Position numbers and translations under genes: made by a program. From positions 29,075 through 93,074 of the forward strand of contig MCFE01000331.1 in the NCBI GenBank assembly GCA_002104905.1: DNA of 64,000 nucleotides, given 5' to 3'. The notes beneath the pieces are model-generated. The model was not told where the DNA came from. It saw only the letters and a program-made list of their open reading frames with translations, and made no database searches. Positions 34,320 through 49,100 of the stretch are shown here, in pieces (position 1 is the stretch's first letter; every line of letters begins with the position of its first letter). This stretch comes from Basidiobolus meristosporus CBS 931.73. Its lineage: Eukaryota; Fungi; Basidiobolomycota.

Positions 34320-36558
34320 AATGACTACCATGGTGCAGGACCAGCAAAACCCTGTCAAGAGCAGCAATTGAAGAAGCTTTTAAGGCCAATGGAATTTCTC
34401 CTAAAAGCAAGGTGCATTACGCAGCCTCTTACTCAGCAGATGAAGCCCTACATGGTACTACTGCAAGATCAGGTCAGCCACTATGATGGGATGCTCTACA
34501 TTCTCTGCCTGGAATGAGTTTGTGCTGAAAATTCAGTATACTTACAAACCCCACACCAGCGAATATTACTAAGGCAAAAGTTGAAGACACTCAGAGAGAA
34601 AGGAATTGTTCATGAGTACATATATAAATATGGATGTTTACCTTGACAAATTGAAAGAATGGACCCCCTGGTTCAAGATAAAAACTTTATCAATGGGTTG
34701 AAAGAAAGAACTTGCAAGGAAGTGAATAATCAGTGACCTCAAACTATTGAAGAAGCCATCAAGCTTGCAATTGACTATGATTCAGCTATGTTTGAAGTTG
34801 GGAAGCCCACAATGACTTAGCTGAGTGGCTACAATCACTACGAAAGAAGACAATCCAAAGCAGTGCCAATAGAAATAGATGCTATGCAGAAGAATCCCAC
34901 CTCAGAAGACAGTAAGAAGAAAGGAATTTGCTTTAATTGCCGCAAGCAAGGTCATATTGCAAAGTACTACCCTAAGAGAAGAAACAAACACCAGCCATCA
35001 AGAACCTTCAACCATATTGAAGCCCTGAGCATTGCACATGGAGGATGAACTTGAAGAAGACTTAGAATTCACTTTCCATATGACAAAGAATACTTGTCCC
35101 AGATGACCTCAAACTCAGGAGAGCTATAACACTTGGATGGATTAGTCAATGGAGTACCTGCCAAAATCATGATTGACTTAGGAGCATTGCATGAGTACTT
35201 CTCAGAGCAATTTGCTTTGAAAACTGGAATCAACTTGGAACCCACCAAATCAACTTCAGTGTCAATAGCTGATGTGAACTCTCATATAATCAACCGTATT
35301 ACTCGGCCAATAAGAATGAAGATCAATAACTATGAAGAAGACCTACCGGCCTATATATTTGGGAACTGCAAATCTGCCCTTGTACTTGGAAAAGCCAGGC
35401 TATTTTGTTGTAATCATCGGTCAACTGGAGAACTGATGCTACTCTGATCCAGAAGGACTATAAGGCCTATGAGCTATTACTTGCTGGACTGGATTTCTTC
35501 TTGGTCAATTCCTCTATGTGTGAAAAAAATGAACTTGCCAATACACGCTCTGTAGAGCACTTAAAAAGATACCCAGATGTACCTCATGGCAATATTGCAG
35601 GAGGACTCCTCTAATCCAGCACCCCAGAAGGTCCAGACTCTCTTGAAGGAATATTCAGATGTATTTCAGATGAACTTTTAAGCCTACCACCAGCCAGAGA
35701 TGTAGATCAATCCATTCAGACAGGAGATAGCCCTCCAGTGAGTAAGACACCTTGTAGCATGAAATCATTGGAGTTGGAAGAGATGAGAGACAAATAGATC
35801 AGTTATTGGAGCAAGAATATACCAAGCCCAGCAAGTCACCTTGGGAAGCCTCAGTACTCTTTATGAAAAAGGAGAGAACACTTAGAATGGGCTTTCACTA
35901 CAAAGCCCTCAACATGGTTACCATGAAGAATACTACCTCATACCTAGGATTGATGAGCTCTTGGACCTATCCCAAGGAGCAACCATATACAGCAAGATTG
36001 ACCTCATGTCAGGATACAACCAGATTAGGATGAAACTAGAACATGTGCCTATGACAACATTCCAGACCAGATTTGGACATCACTAGTGCTTAGTCATGAG
36101 TTTTGGCCTTACCAATGCCCCTGCAACACTCACAACCTTGATGCAAACAGTCTTCCAGGAATTCTTGAACAAATTTGTGGTAATCTACATGGATGACATA
36201 GTGATATACAGCAAGACACAAGAGGAACACTTGGTGCTCATTGAAAAGGTCTTGAAGAAACTAAGAGACCAAGCTGTACAGCAAGCTAGCAATGTGTGAA
36301 CTCTTGAAGGAATAGATAGAAAACCTGGGACACATAGTGATTTGCACAGGAGTGATGTTAGACCCCAAGAAGGTTGAAGTTGCTAAGAATCTGAAGCAGC
36401 ACCATAGCATATTGAAACTCAGATCACTCCTTGGAATGGTTTCCTATTATTTGAGATTTGTCAGTCCTTTGTTAGTTTTGCAGCCCCTTTAACTGATATT
36501 CTCAGTAAAGACAACACCATGAAGTGGGACATAGCCTGTATAACTGCCTTTCAGAAGC

Positions 36559-37254
36559 TGTGGTGGTGTAGAGGTACTCCTGGGAGAAGCTACACAACTC
36601 AAGGTGTGTGAGGTGTCTGATGGGTGCAATAATTCTTGGGTCTAAACTGCTGGTCTCTTGTTCAGTACGTCACCATGGCAAAAGCTCCAGCATCTCTAGC
36701 TTACTAGCGGCTATAGGTGTCTCCAATGGCCTCTGTGTGTCTTGTTCACTACCTTGAAAAGCTCCTTGATGGCAGGTCTAAAATATAACTGTAAAAGGCA
36801 GGTGCAGTGATCAACTGCAAATCAATAAGGGAGAAGTGTTGCTGATAGAAGGGATAATTTATTAATGAGGGATTGACCCTCCTTAAATACTTTTTGTGAT
36901 TGCCAAGTGATTACCAATGACAAGGTTCTAGAAGATTATATGCATAAATGGAACTCTGGATGACATCTCTATGAGCTAAAAACACTCCAAGAATGTCCTA
37001 GAAGGTTCTGAAAGGCACAGCACATCAAACCAATCAGGGATAGGCCTAATGTGGGTACATATACTGACCACAAAGCTAAATATCATCTGGAATAACTAAT
37101 GCAAATAACTGATCATTGTAAACATCATATGGCAATAATACTAATAAAATGGACAAAGAAGACTGGGATAATATAGATAAGATAAAATATGGATAAGTGC
37201 ATCATAATTGCCATATGAATAAACCTGTCTGAGAGGTATGTTTACCCCACCACA
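36559..37254. repeat. Solo LTR of a fourth family (696 bp)
   Basis: TGTGGTGG...CCACCACA termini; 4-bp flanks AAGC/ATGC; interrupts the gypsy RT/RH connection region. Confidence 0.8.
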
Positions 37255-38257
37255 ATGCACAACAATGAGCTTGCTAAGCTGCCAAGCTTCAGTATTCCAG
37301 ACTTCAGAAAAGAGTTTACTTTGTGCACAGATGCTTCAGACTATGCAATTGGTGGAGTACTGAGCCAAAAACACAAGGGAAAGGCTACCCAGTTGCCTTT
37401 GAATCCAAGAAACTGAACTCAGCAGAACAATACTATCCAGTGCATGAGAAGGAGATGCTTGCTATAATACACTGCTTGAAGACATGGAGATGCTATATTG
37501 AAGGAGTCAAATGCACTGTCAAGACCAACTATGCCTCACTCAAGTATACATTCACTCAGAATGTACTCTCCAGATTAATGACAAGATTGGTGAGTACATA
37601 CAGCAATTTGACTTGAAGCTTTTCTACTGTCCTGGGAAAAAAACACAGCTACTAATGCTTTACCAAGACTAGAACAAGTTGCACAACTCAACTTGGTGCA
37701 TGAATCAGATTGACCTAGCCCATTACTAAAGTACTTGGAGGACCAAGCCATTTCTAATGAGGCGGATGAAGAGATCAAGACAATAAGCTGGGATGAAGCC
37801 AGCAAATTTGTAGTAGAGGATGAAGCACTCAACCAAGTTGTTGATATATGCCCTATTGCCTATTGCCCTAGTGTTGCTTGCCTAGATTCAATACATAAGC
37901 TACACAATGTATATGGATATCTTGGAACTCAAGGAACCTATAGCCTTGTTAAAGCCAGAGCATGATGGCCCAGAACAAAGCAAGACATTGAAAAGCCAGT
38001 GAACACATGCACAAATTACCAAATCAAGCAAAGCAAGCCACCGAAAATTGCTGGACTCTTTCCCTTGGAGCTTGTAAGGCCATTTGAAAAATGGAGAATT
38101 AACTTAATTGAAAGACAGCCAAACATCAGGAATTGCAACTGTTGGATCCTATTAACAACTGACCATGCCACCAAATGGACAGCAGCTAAAGCAGTACCTG
38201 TTGCCGGTGAACAAGAAGTTGCAAGTTGCATCTACCATGAGATTCTTCTGAAATTTG

Positions 38258-39530
38258 CCATCTTTCAAGACAACAGAACCATCATGACTTTTAACTTTAA
38301 TAATGTTGGCATTTATAAGTCTAACAGTAGCATTGGTGCCTTTGCTAATAACATTGGCAAAATCATAAATTGGGTTGTCAGAAGGTCTAAAAGTAGGAGA
38401 ATAGTTAGCTTGAATAGAATATAATTTGGAGGAAGTCATAGTATACAGAAAAAAAAGAATGTTTGCTTAGTATAATACACCGGATTGACCCTCTCTCACT
38501 TTGAAGTTTTGAATAAAAAAAGAAATAATTTTTTAACAACAATGAGAAGAAAAAAACTCAAACAGAAAATATATATTTGTGTATCACAAGTGAGTTTGAG
38601 AAATTTTATCCAAGAACATTTCTTATGGAGTATGTTTTGTTCAAGAAGAGACATTTAGTAAGTATTTTGTGCATGCGGAATTTGTGTCAACAAAGTTTAT
38701 AGAGATGGAGATAAAGAAATTGGAGGAGGAAAGTGTGACAATACTGGATAAGATTAGAATGGCATTTAAGATATTAAAGGGTTCTAAGCAAGAGTTGGAG
38801 AACAGATTGGAGAATACTAAGGGAGGATGTATAAGATACATGGACCAAATACACCAAGTGGATGACAAGACTGTGATAGTCCTGCCAAAAGCAATGAATG
38901 GGGGTAAATCTAAGAAAGCGTTAACAAAACTGTTGAATGATGCGGTGAACCAGTTAAAATTTAATATTTTATCTGTAACTTAAGCAATGCATGTTTATGA
39001 TATTTTTGTGTCAAGAATTAGATATGGGATAACAGAAGTAATATCTAGTATAGAGATACATTACAACAAACATCTAAATAAGTTTACATATACAACAGAT
39101 TCAGATTTAAAATATGATAACATTGGGTACATCACAGATAAGTTGGATGTGACATTAAATGGTATGGTGAAGGTGGTGATAGTGGATATAAACAAAGGAG
39201 AGATAAAGTTTATAGCATTGGAAAAGGTTTTAAAATTGCTGAAAGTGGAGGATAAAGATGACTTGATAAAGACAGCAATAATAGCTGGGGTGAGAGCAAA
39301 TACTGGTTTGGGGGAGTCATTTTTGTGAAGAATATTGGATGATGGGTATGAGCAAGAGGAGTTGGATAGGCTCATGGAGGAGAGTAATTTAAAGTGATAT
39401 ATGAAGAAGTATGAAAGTTTTTTTAACCCAACGTTTCTCATCTTGACAAAACTTTTGCCGTAAACATTTTTGAAAAAACTTTTTTTATATGGCAACTATA
39501 AAGGTTAACAAAAGATACAATTTAAGTATC
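38258..39530. other. AT-rich non-TE block with compact intronless ORFs of unknown function
   Basis: Divergent ORF remnants 38258-38439 (-), 38669..38983 (+) and 38987-39473 (+, two internal TGA). The two plus-strand ORFs are separated by only 3 nt (TAAGCAATG). A/T-tract intergenic region. Confidence 0.6.
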
Positions 39531-39548
39531 TAATGTAGATTTTAGTTA

Positions 39549-42500
39549 CCTAATGTAGGTTGTGGCTGATGACTTATTTGATTGCATCATCATCACCCAA
39601 TGAGATCCTACTTAATTTATCTATTACTGTCTGATAAGGATCTGCTGATTCATTTGCTGATTAATGCTACTGATTTCATAGATAATACTGATATACTGAT
39701 AGCCTAAACATATACTAATTGATATGACTAAAAACTGATCTAACTTAAACATTCAAGTGGCAGATCATAACGTTCTCCCCAACTAAAGTTGAGAGGGGTC
39801 TCCTGAATGTCTTTTCTTGTGATTCCAATATCTTGATGGTTCAGTATTATCAGCAAGTCTTGCAAGCTTGAGTCTGTCCCTATGCACTAAGTGTTCCCAG
39901 ATATTGCCTTGTTTGTCCACCAGTTGGTAAGTTGAAAATGGACATTCTCTGATGATCTTGAATGGTCCTGTCCATTGTGGCTCAAACTTCTTCCAAGTGC
40001 TATTTCTTAGCAACACAAAGTACCCAACTGTCAATGCTTCTGGTGCTATAGTCTTAAAAATCTCTGCTTCATCTTTTCTGCACCTTGAGATACTTTGGTC
40101 CGTGCCTCTTGACGTCTTTGTTCTAGTTGCTGGAGTCTACTTGGCTGACTAAGCTCATCTTGTAAGGCATCTGTAAGCTTGGGTTGTGTGAGATCTCCTG
40201 GAATCCTTGGTTCACATCCATACACTAAGTAAAATGGTGATTGCTGGGTGGTGTTGTGTACTCTGACTCTGCATGCAAAGAGTGCCTGGTCTATATACTC
40301 ATCCCATCTACTGACAACATCATTTGCATACTTGGTCAGCATTTTTCCAAATAATCCATTAGACCACTCAGTGACTCCATTAATTCTTGGGTGATATGCC
40401 AAGGTTTTCAAGTGTCTCATCTGCTGCATTTCCAGGTAAGCCTCTAATGTCATTGCCATAAAGTTTGCACCTCTATTGGATAAGATCTCCACAGGGCATC
40501 CAAGCTTCATCAAGATCTCATGGTAAATTAAACTTGCAACTTCTTGTTCACTGGCTATTGGTACAGCTTTAGCAACTGGCCATTTAGTGGCATGGTCAAT
40601 TGCTACTAGGATCCAATGGTTGCATTTCCTGGTAGTTGGCAGTCCTTCAATAAAGTCAATTCCCCATCTTTCAAATGGTCTTACAGGCTCCAAGGGAAAG
40701 AGTTTGGAAATTCTCTGTGATTAGCATTGGTTGATTTAGCAATTTGGGCATGTTTTCACTAGCTTCTCAATGTCTTGTTTCATTCTGGGCCACCATGCTC
40801 TGGCTTTCACAAGACTATAGGTTCCTTCAATTCCAAGATGTCCATATCCATTGTGTAGCTTATGTATTAAATCCAGGCAAGAAACATAAGGGCAATAGGC
40901 AATAGGGCTTCCATCAACAATTTGGTAGAGTGTTTCATCCTGTACTACAAACTTGCTGGCTTCATCATGGATTATCTGCTTGATATCTTCATCTACATCA
41001 TTAGGAATGGCTTGGTCCTCCAAGTACTTTGGTAATAGGCTAGGCCAATCTGATTCATGCACCAAGTTGAGTTGTGCAACTTCATCTAATCTTGATAAGG
41101 CATCAGCAAACATATTGTTTTTTCCAGGGCAGTAGACAATCTCCAGGTTAAATTGATGAATGTATTCACTCCATCTTGTCATTCTTCTAGAGAGTACCTT
41201 CTGAGTAAATATATACCTGAGGGAGGCATGATCAGTCTTTACAGTGCATTTGACTCCTTCAATATAGCATCTCCATGTCTTCAAACAGTGTATTTTAGCA
41301 AGCATATCCTTCTCATGGACTGTATAGTATTGTTCTGCTGAGTTCAGTTTCTTGGATTCAAAGGCAACAGGGTAGTCCTTTCCCTTGTGTTCTTGGCACA
41401 GCACTCCACCAATTGCATAATCCAAAGCATCTGTGCACAGAGTGAACTCTTTTCTGAAGTCTGGTATTCTTAAGCTTGGCAGCTTAGCAAGTTCATACTT
41501 GAGCCTCTGGAAGGCAGTCTCACAGGCTATGTCCCACTTGTAGGTATTGTCTTTCTTGAGGATATCAGTTAAAGGGGCTGCAATGCTTGCAAACAACTTG
41601 ACAAATCTCCAATGATAGGAAACCATTCCAAGGAATGATCTGAGCTCTGGTATGCTATGGGGCTGCATCAGATTCTTGATCACTTCCACCTTCTTGGGGT
41701 CTAAGTTACTCCTGTGCTAGTCACTATGTGTCCCAGATATTCTATGTGTTCCTTGAAGTATTCACACTTGGGTAGCTTGCCATAAACCTTGTTCTCTCTT
41801 AGCTTCTTCAAGACCTTTTCAATGTGCACCAAGTGATCCTCTTCTGTCTTGCTGTATATCAGTATATCATCTAGGTAGATTATGACAAACTTGTCTAAGT
41901 ACTCCTGGAAGACAGTCTGCATCAGGGTCATGAAAGTTTCAGTGGCATTGGTGAGGCCAAAACTAATGACTAAGTATTTGTAATATCCATATCTGGTCCT
42001 GAATGCTGTTTTAGGGATATCTTCCCGGTTTCACCCTAATCTGGTTGTATCCTGACATGAGGTCAATCTTGCTGAAAATAGTGGCTCCATTAAGTTGGTC
42101 CAAAAGCTCATCAATCCAAGGTATGGGGTACTTATTCTTGACAGTATCTGGGTTGAGGGCTTTGTAGTCAACGCACATCCTAAGTGTTCCATCCTTCTTT
42201 TTCACAAAAAGCACTGGTGCTCCCCAAGGTGACTTGCTGGGTCTGATGTATCCTTGCTCCAATAGCTGATCAATTTGTCTCTTCATTTCCTCCAATTCCA
42301 ATGGACTCATTCTGTACGGTGTCTTGCTCACTGAAGGGCTTTCTCCTGTGTGAATGGCATTATCCATGTCTCTGACTGGTAGTAGGCTTACCAGCTCATC
42401 TGGAAACACATCTGAATGTTTCTTCAAGAGAGTCTGGACATGCTGGGGTGCTGGGGTAGTGGAATCCTCCTGTAATACTGCCATGAGGAACATCTGGGTA

Positions 42501-44338
42501 CCTTTTCTAAGTGCTCTACAGAACTGGGTCTTGCTATGTTCACTTGTCTCACACATACTGGAACTGACCAAGTTGGAATCTGGCCTGGCAGGTAATAGCT
42601 CATAGGTCTTGTTGTCTTTTTGGATCTGAATAGCATGGGTTCTCCAGTTGATTGATGGATTACAACAAAATAGCCAGGTTTTTCCAAGTACAAGGTCAAA
42701 CTTGCAGTTCCCAATTATATAAGCCTGTAGGTCTTCTTCATAGTCATTGATCTTCATTCTTACTGGCTGAGTGATACGGTTGATTATGTGTGAGTTCCCA
42801 TCAGCTGTTGAGACAGAAGTAGATTTGGTAGGTTCCAAGTTGATTCCAGCTTTCAAAGCAAATTGCTCTGACATGTACTCATGAGATGCTCCTGAGTCAA
42901 TCATGATCTTGGCATGTACTCCATTGATTACTCCATTCAAGTATAATAGCTTTCCTGAGTTTGAGGTCATCTGGGATAGGTATTCTTCTGTCATATGGAA
43001 GGTGAGTTCTGAGTCTTCTTCAAGTTCATCCTCCATGTTACTATGCTCTATGGCCTCAATACGGTTGAAGGTTCTTGATGGCTGGTGTCTATTTCTTCCC
43101 TGAGGGCAGTACTTTGCAATATGTCCTTGCTGGTGGCAATTGAAGCAAAGTCCTTTCTTCTTACATTCTTCTGAGGTAGGATTCTTCTGCATAGCATCTA
43201 TTTCCATTGGTACTGCTGCTGACTGTCTTCTTTCATAATGATTGTAGCCTTTCAGATTTGTCACTGTAGGCTTCCCAACTCCAAACATAGCTGAGTCATA
43301 GTCAATGGCAATCTTGATGGCTTCTTCAATAGTCTGAGGTCTTCAATAATTCACTTCCTTGCAAGTTCTTTCTTTCAACCCATCAATAAAGTATTCAACA
43401 TGATCCAGGGGGTCCGTTCTTTCAATTTATCCAAGTAGACATCTGTACTCATAGATGTATTCTTGAACCATTCCTTTCTGACTGAGTGTCTTTAACTTCC
43501 TTCTTAGTAGTGTCTGCTGGTGTGGAGGTTCAAAAGCATCCTGAATTTCCGGCACAAACTCATCCCAGGTTGAGATTGTAGAGCATCCCATCATAGTGGC
43601 TGACCTGATCTTGTTGTAGTACCACTGTAAAGCTGCATCTGCCAGGTAAGAAGCTGCATAATGCAACTTGCTTTCTGGAGCAATTCCTTTAGCTTTAAAA
43701 GCTTCTTCAATCTGAAAGAGCCAAGTTCCCAGGTTTTCATTGACTTTGCCATGGTACCAGTTGACCTTCACACTAGAGTTGCTTTTGACAGGGCTTTGCT
43801 GGCTCTGTGCCATGGTAGTCATTCCTTGTTGCTGTTGGCTCAGATCTGGAGTAACTGTCGCTGTTGGGCCAGGATTTGCTGCATGGCATTCTTCCATTCT
43901 TGATTGTCCAACATCTTGAGGGCGGTTTCTTCTTTCTTCAGGGGGGAGGTTTCTGGTTATTGCTGCTACCAATGTTACAAGTCTTGGTATAAGAGTTGTA
44001 GAGGAGTAGGGAGTTTAGCTAGTATTGTATTCTCTAAAACTTGACCTGATTGTTATTGAGGTTCCAGCAGCTCCTTATACATTTTGCCAGATTAATTGCT
44101 GACTAATTGTATTTCCTAATGTAGGTTGCGGCTGATGACTCATTTGATTGCATCATCATCACCCAATAAGATCCTACTTAATATATCTATTTCTGTCTGA
44201 TGAGGATCTGCTGATTCATTTGCTGACTAATGCTACTGATTTCATAGATAATACTGATATACTGATAACCTAAACATATACTAATTGATATGACTAAAAA
44301 CTGATCTAACTTAAACATTCAAGCGGCAGATCATAACA
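39549..44338 (-). mobile_element. Ty3/gypsy near-complete defective element (5' LTR 43973-44338, truncated 3' LTR 39549-39772)
   Basis: PBS TGGTAGCAG (43963-43971); gag-PR-RT-RH-INT split by frameshifts and stops; PPT next to the 3' LTR. Confidence 0.95.
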
Positions 44339-46188
44339 ATGGCCTGATATTCCTTAGTCATGGCAGATTTCCAAAACTCTTTCTGGGGGCTATTTAGGAC
44401 TTCTTTTACATTACAGGGCTCATCAATATGGACTAATTAGGCACAGGCTAACTTAGTACCATCATTGATATGGTATTTTGGACTATTTCTTGTCCATTTG
44501 GATCTCCAGGAATTGGATACTGGAATGTTCACTCCTGGAGTATTCTTGGGCACTGCTTCAGGGTGAACCATGGCTATAGAGTCCTCTTGAGTGACAACAA
44601 TTTGAATGTTTTGCTCTGACTCAATCCTAACAATTGATGAACTTGTGGTTGGATTTTTGTCATCATCTGTTGTCATTTTTTGTCAAAATCTTGAACTTTC
44701 ATCAAACAACACATATATGGACCTTATCAGATTCTTTGCTATGGTGTTGTTGAGCTTGTATGCTGTACTCTCATTGCAGTAGCCCAAAAATATACATTTA
44801 TACTTTTTTCCCAAGATTGGACTAGTTCCTGGGCAGTTTCTTAGCAAGTACTGTGCACCCAAATAATCCTAGATGCCCTGCATTTGTTCTGCATCCATGC
44901 AATGCTTCACATGAAGTAGATATATGAAGTATTTAGTTATAACACCTATTTCTAAAGTATACAGCAGTTGCTACTGATTATATAAAACTATCATAGAAAA
45001 ACTGCTAATTATGGATCATAAAACTTGCCATATGAGTTATGGATCTGTTTGCACATTCTACTTTTCCATTTTGCTGTGGGGGTATGGTACAGTAGTCTCT
45101 TGCTTTATTCCATGAGTTTTGCAGCAGTGAAATAAGAATTTGGAGGTAGATTTTCCACCATTGTCAGAGTGTGTTTCCTTTCTTTCACCATTTCTCTCTC
45201 CATCATGGCTTTAAACTCCCTGAACTAAGACAAAGTTTCTTCTATTCTCCCCATGAAGTAGACCCACATGTATCTTGTATAATCATCAATAAGAGTAATT
45301 AAATACTTCATCGCACCAAAGAATAACTTTTGTGCTAGTTCACACAGACCTAAGTGAGTAAGGTAAACTTTTTCTCAGTTATGATTAGCACAGAGCTCCT
45401 GAATGACTTTCTGGCTTGTTTCCCATTTTTCCAGGCTTCACAGAGCTTCATATTTGCCAGGGGATTCTTTTTTACTCCACAAATTAGCCAATCTTTAGTC
45501 TTTTTGTGCAGATAATCAGAATTGATGTGTCAAGATCTCCTGTGCCAAAATTTTAGTGTTTCTCTATCAGATTTATATATATTGGCTGCCAGATATGATA
45601 GAATTTAAGTCAACTTGCACATATTCTGATCTCTGATACCCAAAGCAATATCAGCACCATTTGATCAGTGATCTTGCATTCAGAATTGTCAATGTTGATA
45701 CTGAGTTCTTCTGCTGTGGCTTTGCTTACAGAGAGTAGGTTCTTGGCTATTACTGATGCATAGAGTACCTCTCTGAAGGTCAATGCATGACTTCCCTCAC
45801 TGCTTCTAGGGTTTACTAGGATAATTCCATTTCCCACTGTAACATATGCTTTATTGTCACCCATGAAAACCTTCTTGATTGGAATTTCTTGGTATTGGGT
45901 AAAATGATCTTTTTGGTGTATAAAGTGTTGAGATGCCCCAGAGTCAATATACCACCCCAGATAATCCTTGTTTGCAGTCATATTGAGTACAGATATGAAA
46001 AGTCTATCTACTATCAGTGCTGCATTTCCATATTCAGGCTTTCTTTGCTGAATATCTCTCTTTTTCAAGCACCAGTCTGATGAGTGTACTTTTATATTGT
46101 AGTAGCAGACCCTTTGACTGATATCTTTCACTACAGCAACACCCTTTAGTGGATCATAGCCTGAGAGACTGTCTTTCAGATGCTCATA
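44339..46188 (-). mobile_element. Ty1/copia internal fragment (end of gag, protease, integrase, start of RT), decayed
   Basis: WYIDSGASQHF and KNLLSVSK (45610..46131), integrase remnants, and EP.NVKEVLNSPQKEFWKSAMTKEYQAI at the low-coordinate end. Confidence 0.85.
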
Positions 46189-49100
46189 TGTTACAAGTCT
46201 TGGTATAAGAGTTGTAGAGGAATAGGGAGTTTAGCTAGTGTTGTATTCACTAAAACTTGAACTAATTGTTATTGAGGTTCCAGCAGCTCCTTATACATTT
46301 TGCCAGATTAATTGCTGACTAATTGTATTTCCTAATGTAGGTTGCGGCTGATGACTCATTTGATTGCATCATCATCACCCAATAAGATCCTACTTAATAT
46401 ATCTATTTCTGTCTGATGAGGATCTGCTGATTCATTTGCTGACTAATGCTACTGATTTTATAGATAATACTGATATACTGGTAACCCAAACATTTACTAA
46501 TTGATTTGACTAAAAACTGATCCAACTTAAACATTCAAGCGGCAGATCATAACATTCTCCTGTACTAAAGTTGAGAGGGTTCTCCTGAATGTCTTTTCTT
46601 GTGATACCAATATCTTGATGTTTCAGTATTATCAGCAAGTCTTGCAAGCTTGAGTCTGTCCCTATGCACTAAGTCTTCTGGTATATTGCCTTGTTTGTCC
46701 ACCAGTTGGTATGTTGCAAATGGACATTCTCTGATGATCTTGAATGGTCCTATTCATTGTGGCTCAAGCTTCTTCCAAGTGTTGTTTCATAGCAACACAA
46801 AGTTCCCAACTGTCAATGCTTCTTGTGCTATAGTCTTATCAAATCTCTGCTTCATCTTTTCTGCACTTCAGATACTTTGGTCTGTGCCTCTTGACGTCTT
46901 TGTTCCAGTTGCTGGTGTCTACATGGCTGACTGAGTTCATCTTCTAAGGTGTCTGTAAACTTTGGTTGTGTGAGATATCCTGGAATCCTTGGTTCACACC
47001 CATACACTAAGTAAAATGGTGATTGCTGGGTGGTGTTGTGTACTCTGACTCTGCATGCAAAGAGTGCCTGGTCTATATACTCATCCCATCTACTGACAAC
47101 ATCATTTGAATACTTGGTCAGCATTTTTCCAAATAATCCATTAGACCACTCAGTGACTCCATTAGTTCTTGGGTGATATGCCAAGGTTTTCAAGTGTCTG
47201 ATCTGCTGCATTTCCAGGTCATCCTCTGATGTCTTTGTCACAAAGTTTGCTCCTCTATCTGATAAGATCTCCAAAGGGCATCCAAACTTCATCAGGATCT
47301 CATGGTAAATGAAACTTGCAACTTCTTGTTCATTGGCTGTTGGTACAGCTTTAGCAACTGGCTATTAGTGGTATGGTCAATTGCTACTAGGATCCAATGG
47401 TTGCATTTCCTGGTAGTTGGCAGTCTTCCAATAAAGTCAATTCCCCATCTTTCAAATGGTCTTACAGGCTCCAAGGGAAGGAGTTTGGCAATTCTCTGTG
47501 ATTAGCTTTGGTTGATTTAGCAATTTGGGCATGTTTTCACTAGCTTCTCAAAGTCTTGTTTCATTCTGGGCCACCATGCTCTGGCTTTCACAAGACTATA
47601 GGTTCCTTCAATTCCAAAATGTCCATATCCATTGTGTAGCTTATGTATTAAATCCAGGCAAGAAACTTAATGGCAATAGGCAGTAGGGCTTCCATCAACA
47701 ATTTGGTAGAATGTTTCATTCTGTACTACAAACTTGCTGGCTTCATCACAGATTATCTTCTTAATCTCTTCATCCACCTCATTAGGAATGGCTTGGTCCT
47801 CTAAGTACTTTGGTAATAGGCTAGGCCAATCTCATTCATGCACCAAGCTGAGTTGTGCAACTTGATCTAATCTTGATAAGGCATCAGCAACCCTGTTGTT
47901 TTTTTCAGGGCAGTAGACAATCTTCAGGTCAAATTGCTGAATGTATTCACCCCATCATGTCATTTTTCTAGAGAGTACCTTCTGAGTAGATATATACTTG
48001 AGGGAGACATGATCAGTGTTCACAGTGCATTTGACTCCTTCAATGTAGCATCTCCATGTCTTCAAAAAGTGTATTATAGCAAGCATCTCCTTCTCATGGA
48101 CTGGATAGTTTTGTTCTGCTGAGTTCAGTTTCTTGGATTCAAAGGCAACTGGGTAGTCCTTTTCCTTGTGTTCTTGGCACAGCACTCCACCAATTGCATA
48201 ATCCAAAGCATCTGTGCACAGAGTGAACTCTTTTGTGAAGTCTGGTATTCTTAAGCTTGGCAGCTTAGCAAGTTCATACTTGAGCGTCTCAAAGGCAGTC
48301 TCACAGGCTATGTCCCACTTGTAGGTATTGTCTTTCTTGAGGATATCAGTTAAAGGGGCTGCAATGCTTGCAAACAACTTGACAAATCTCCAATGATAGG
48401 AAACCATTCCAAGGAATGATCTGAGCTCTGGTATGCTATGGGGCTGCATCAGATTATTGATCACTTCCACCTTCTTGGGGTCTAAGTTACTCCTGTGCTA
48501 GTCACTATGTGTCCCAGATATTCTATGTGTTCCTTGAAGTATTCACACTTGGGTAGCTTGCCATAAAACTTGTTCTCTCTTAGCTTCTTCAAGACCTTTT
48601 CAATGTGCACCAAGTGATCCTCTTCTGTCTTGCTGCAAATCAGCATATCATCTATGTAGATTATGACAAACTTGTCTAAGTACTCCTGCAAGACAGTCTC
48701 CATCAGGGTCATGAAAGTTGCAGGAGCATTGGTGAGGCCAAAACTAATGACTAAGTATTTGTAATATCCATATCTGGTCCTGAATGCTGTCTTAGGGTTG
48801 TCTTCTGGCTTCACCCTAATCTGGTTGTATCCTGACATGAGGTCAATCTTGCTGAAAATAGTGGCTCCATTAAGTTGGTCGAAAAGCTCATCAATCCAAG
48901 GTATGGGGTACTTATTCTTGATGGTAACTGAGTTCAGGCCTCTGCAGTTGATGCACATCCTAAGTGTTCCATCCTTCTTTTTCACAAAAAGCACTGGTGC
49001 TCCCCAAGGTGACTTGCTGGGTCTGATGTATCCTTGCTCCAATAGCTGATCAATTTGTCTCTTCATTTCCTCCAATTCCAATGGACTCATTCTGTAAGGT

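Larger units (their letters stand above)
33087..38257 (+). mobile_element. Ty3/gypsy element, decayed (LTR ~33087-33450, gag-PR-RT-RH-INT start), with nested MITE and solo LTR
   Basis: Collinear with the intact family member. Breaks off in the integrase at ~38257. Confidence 0.88.
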
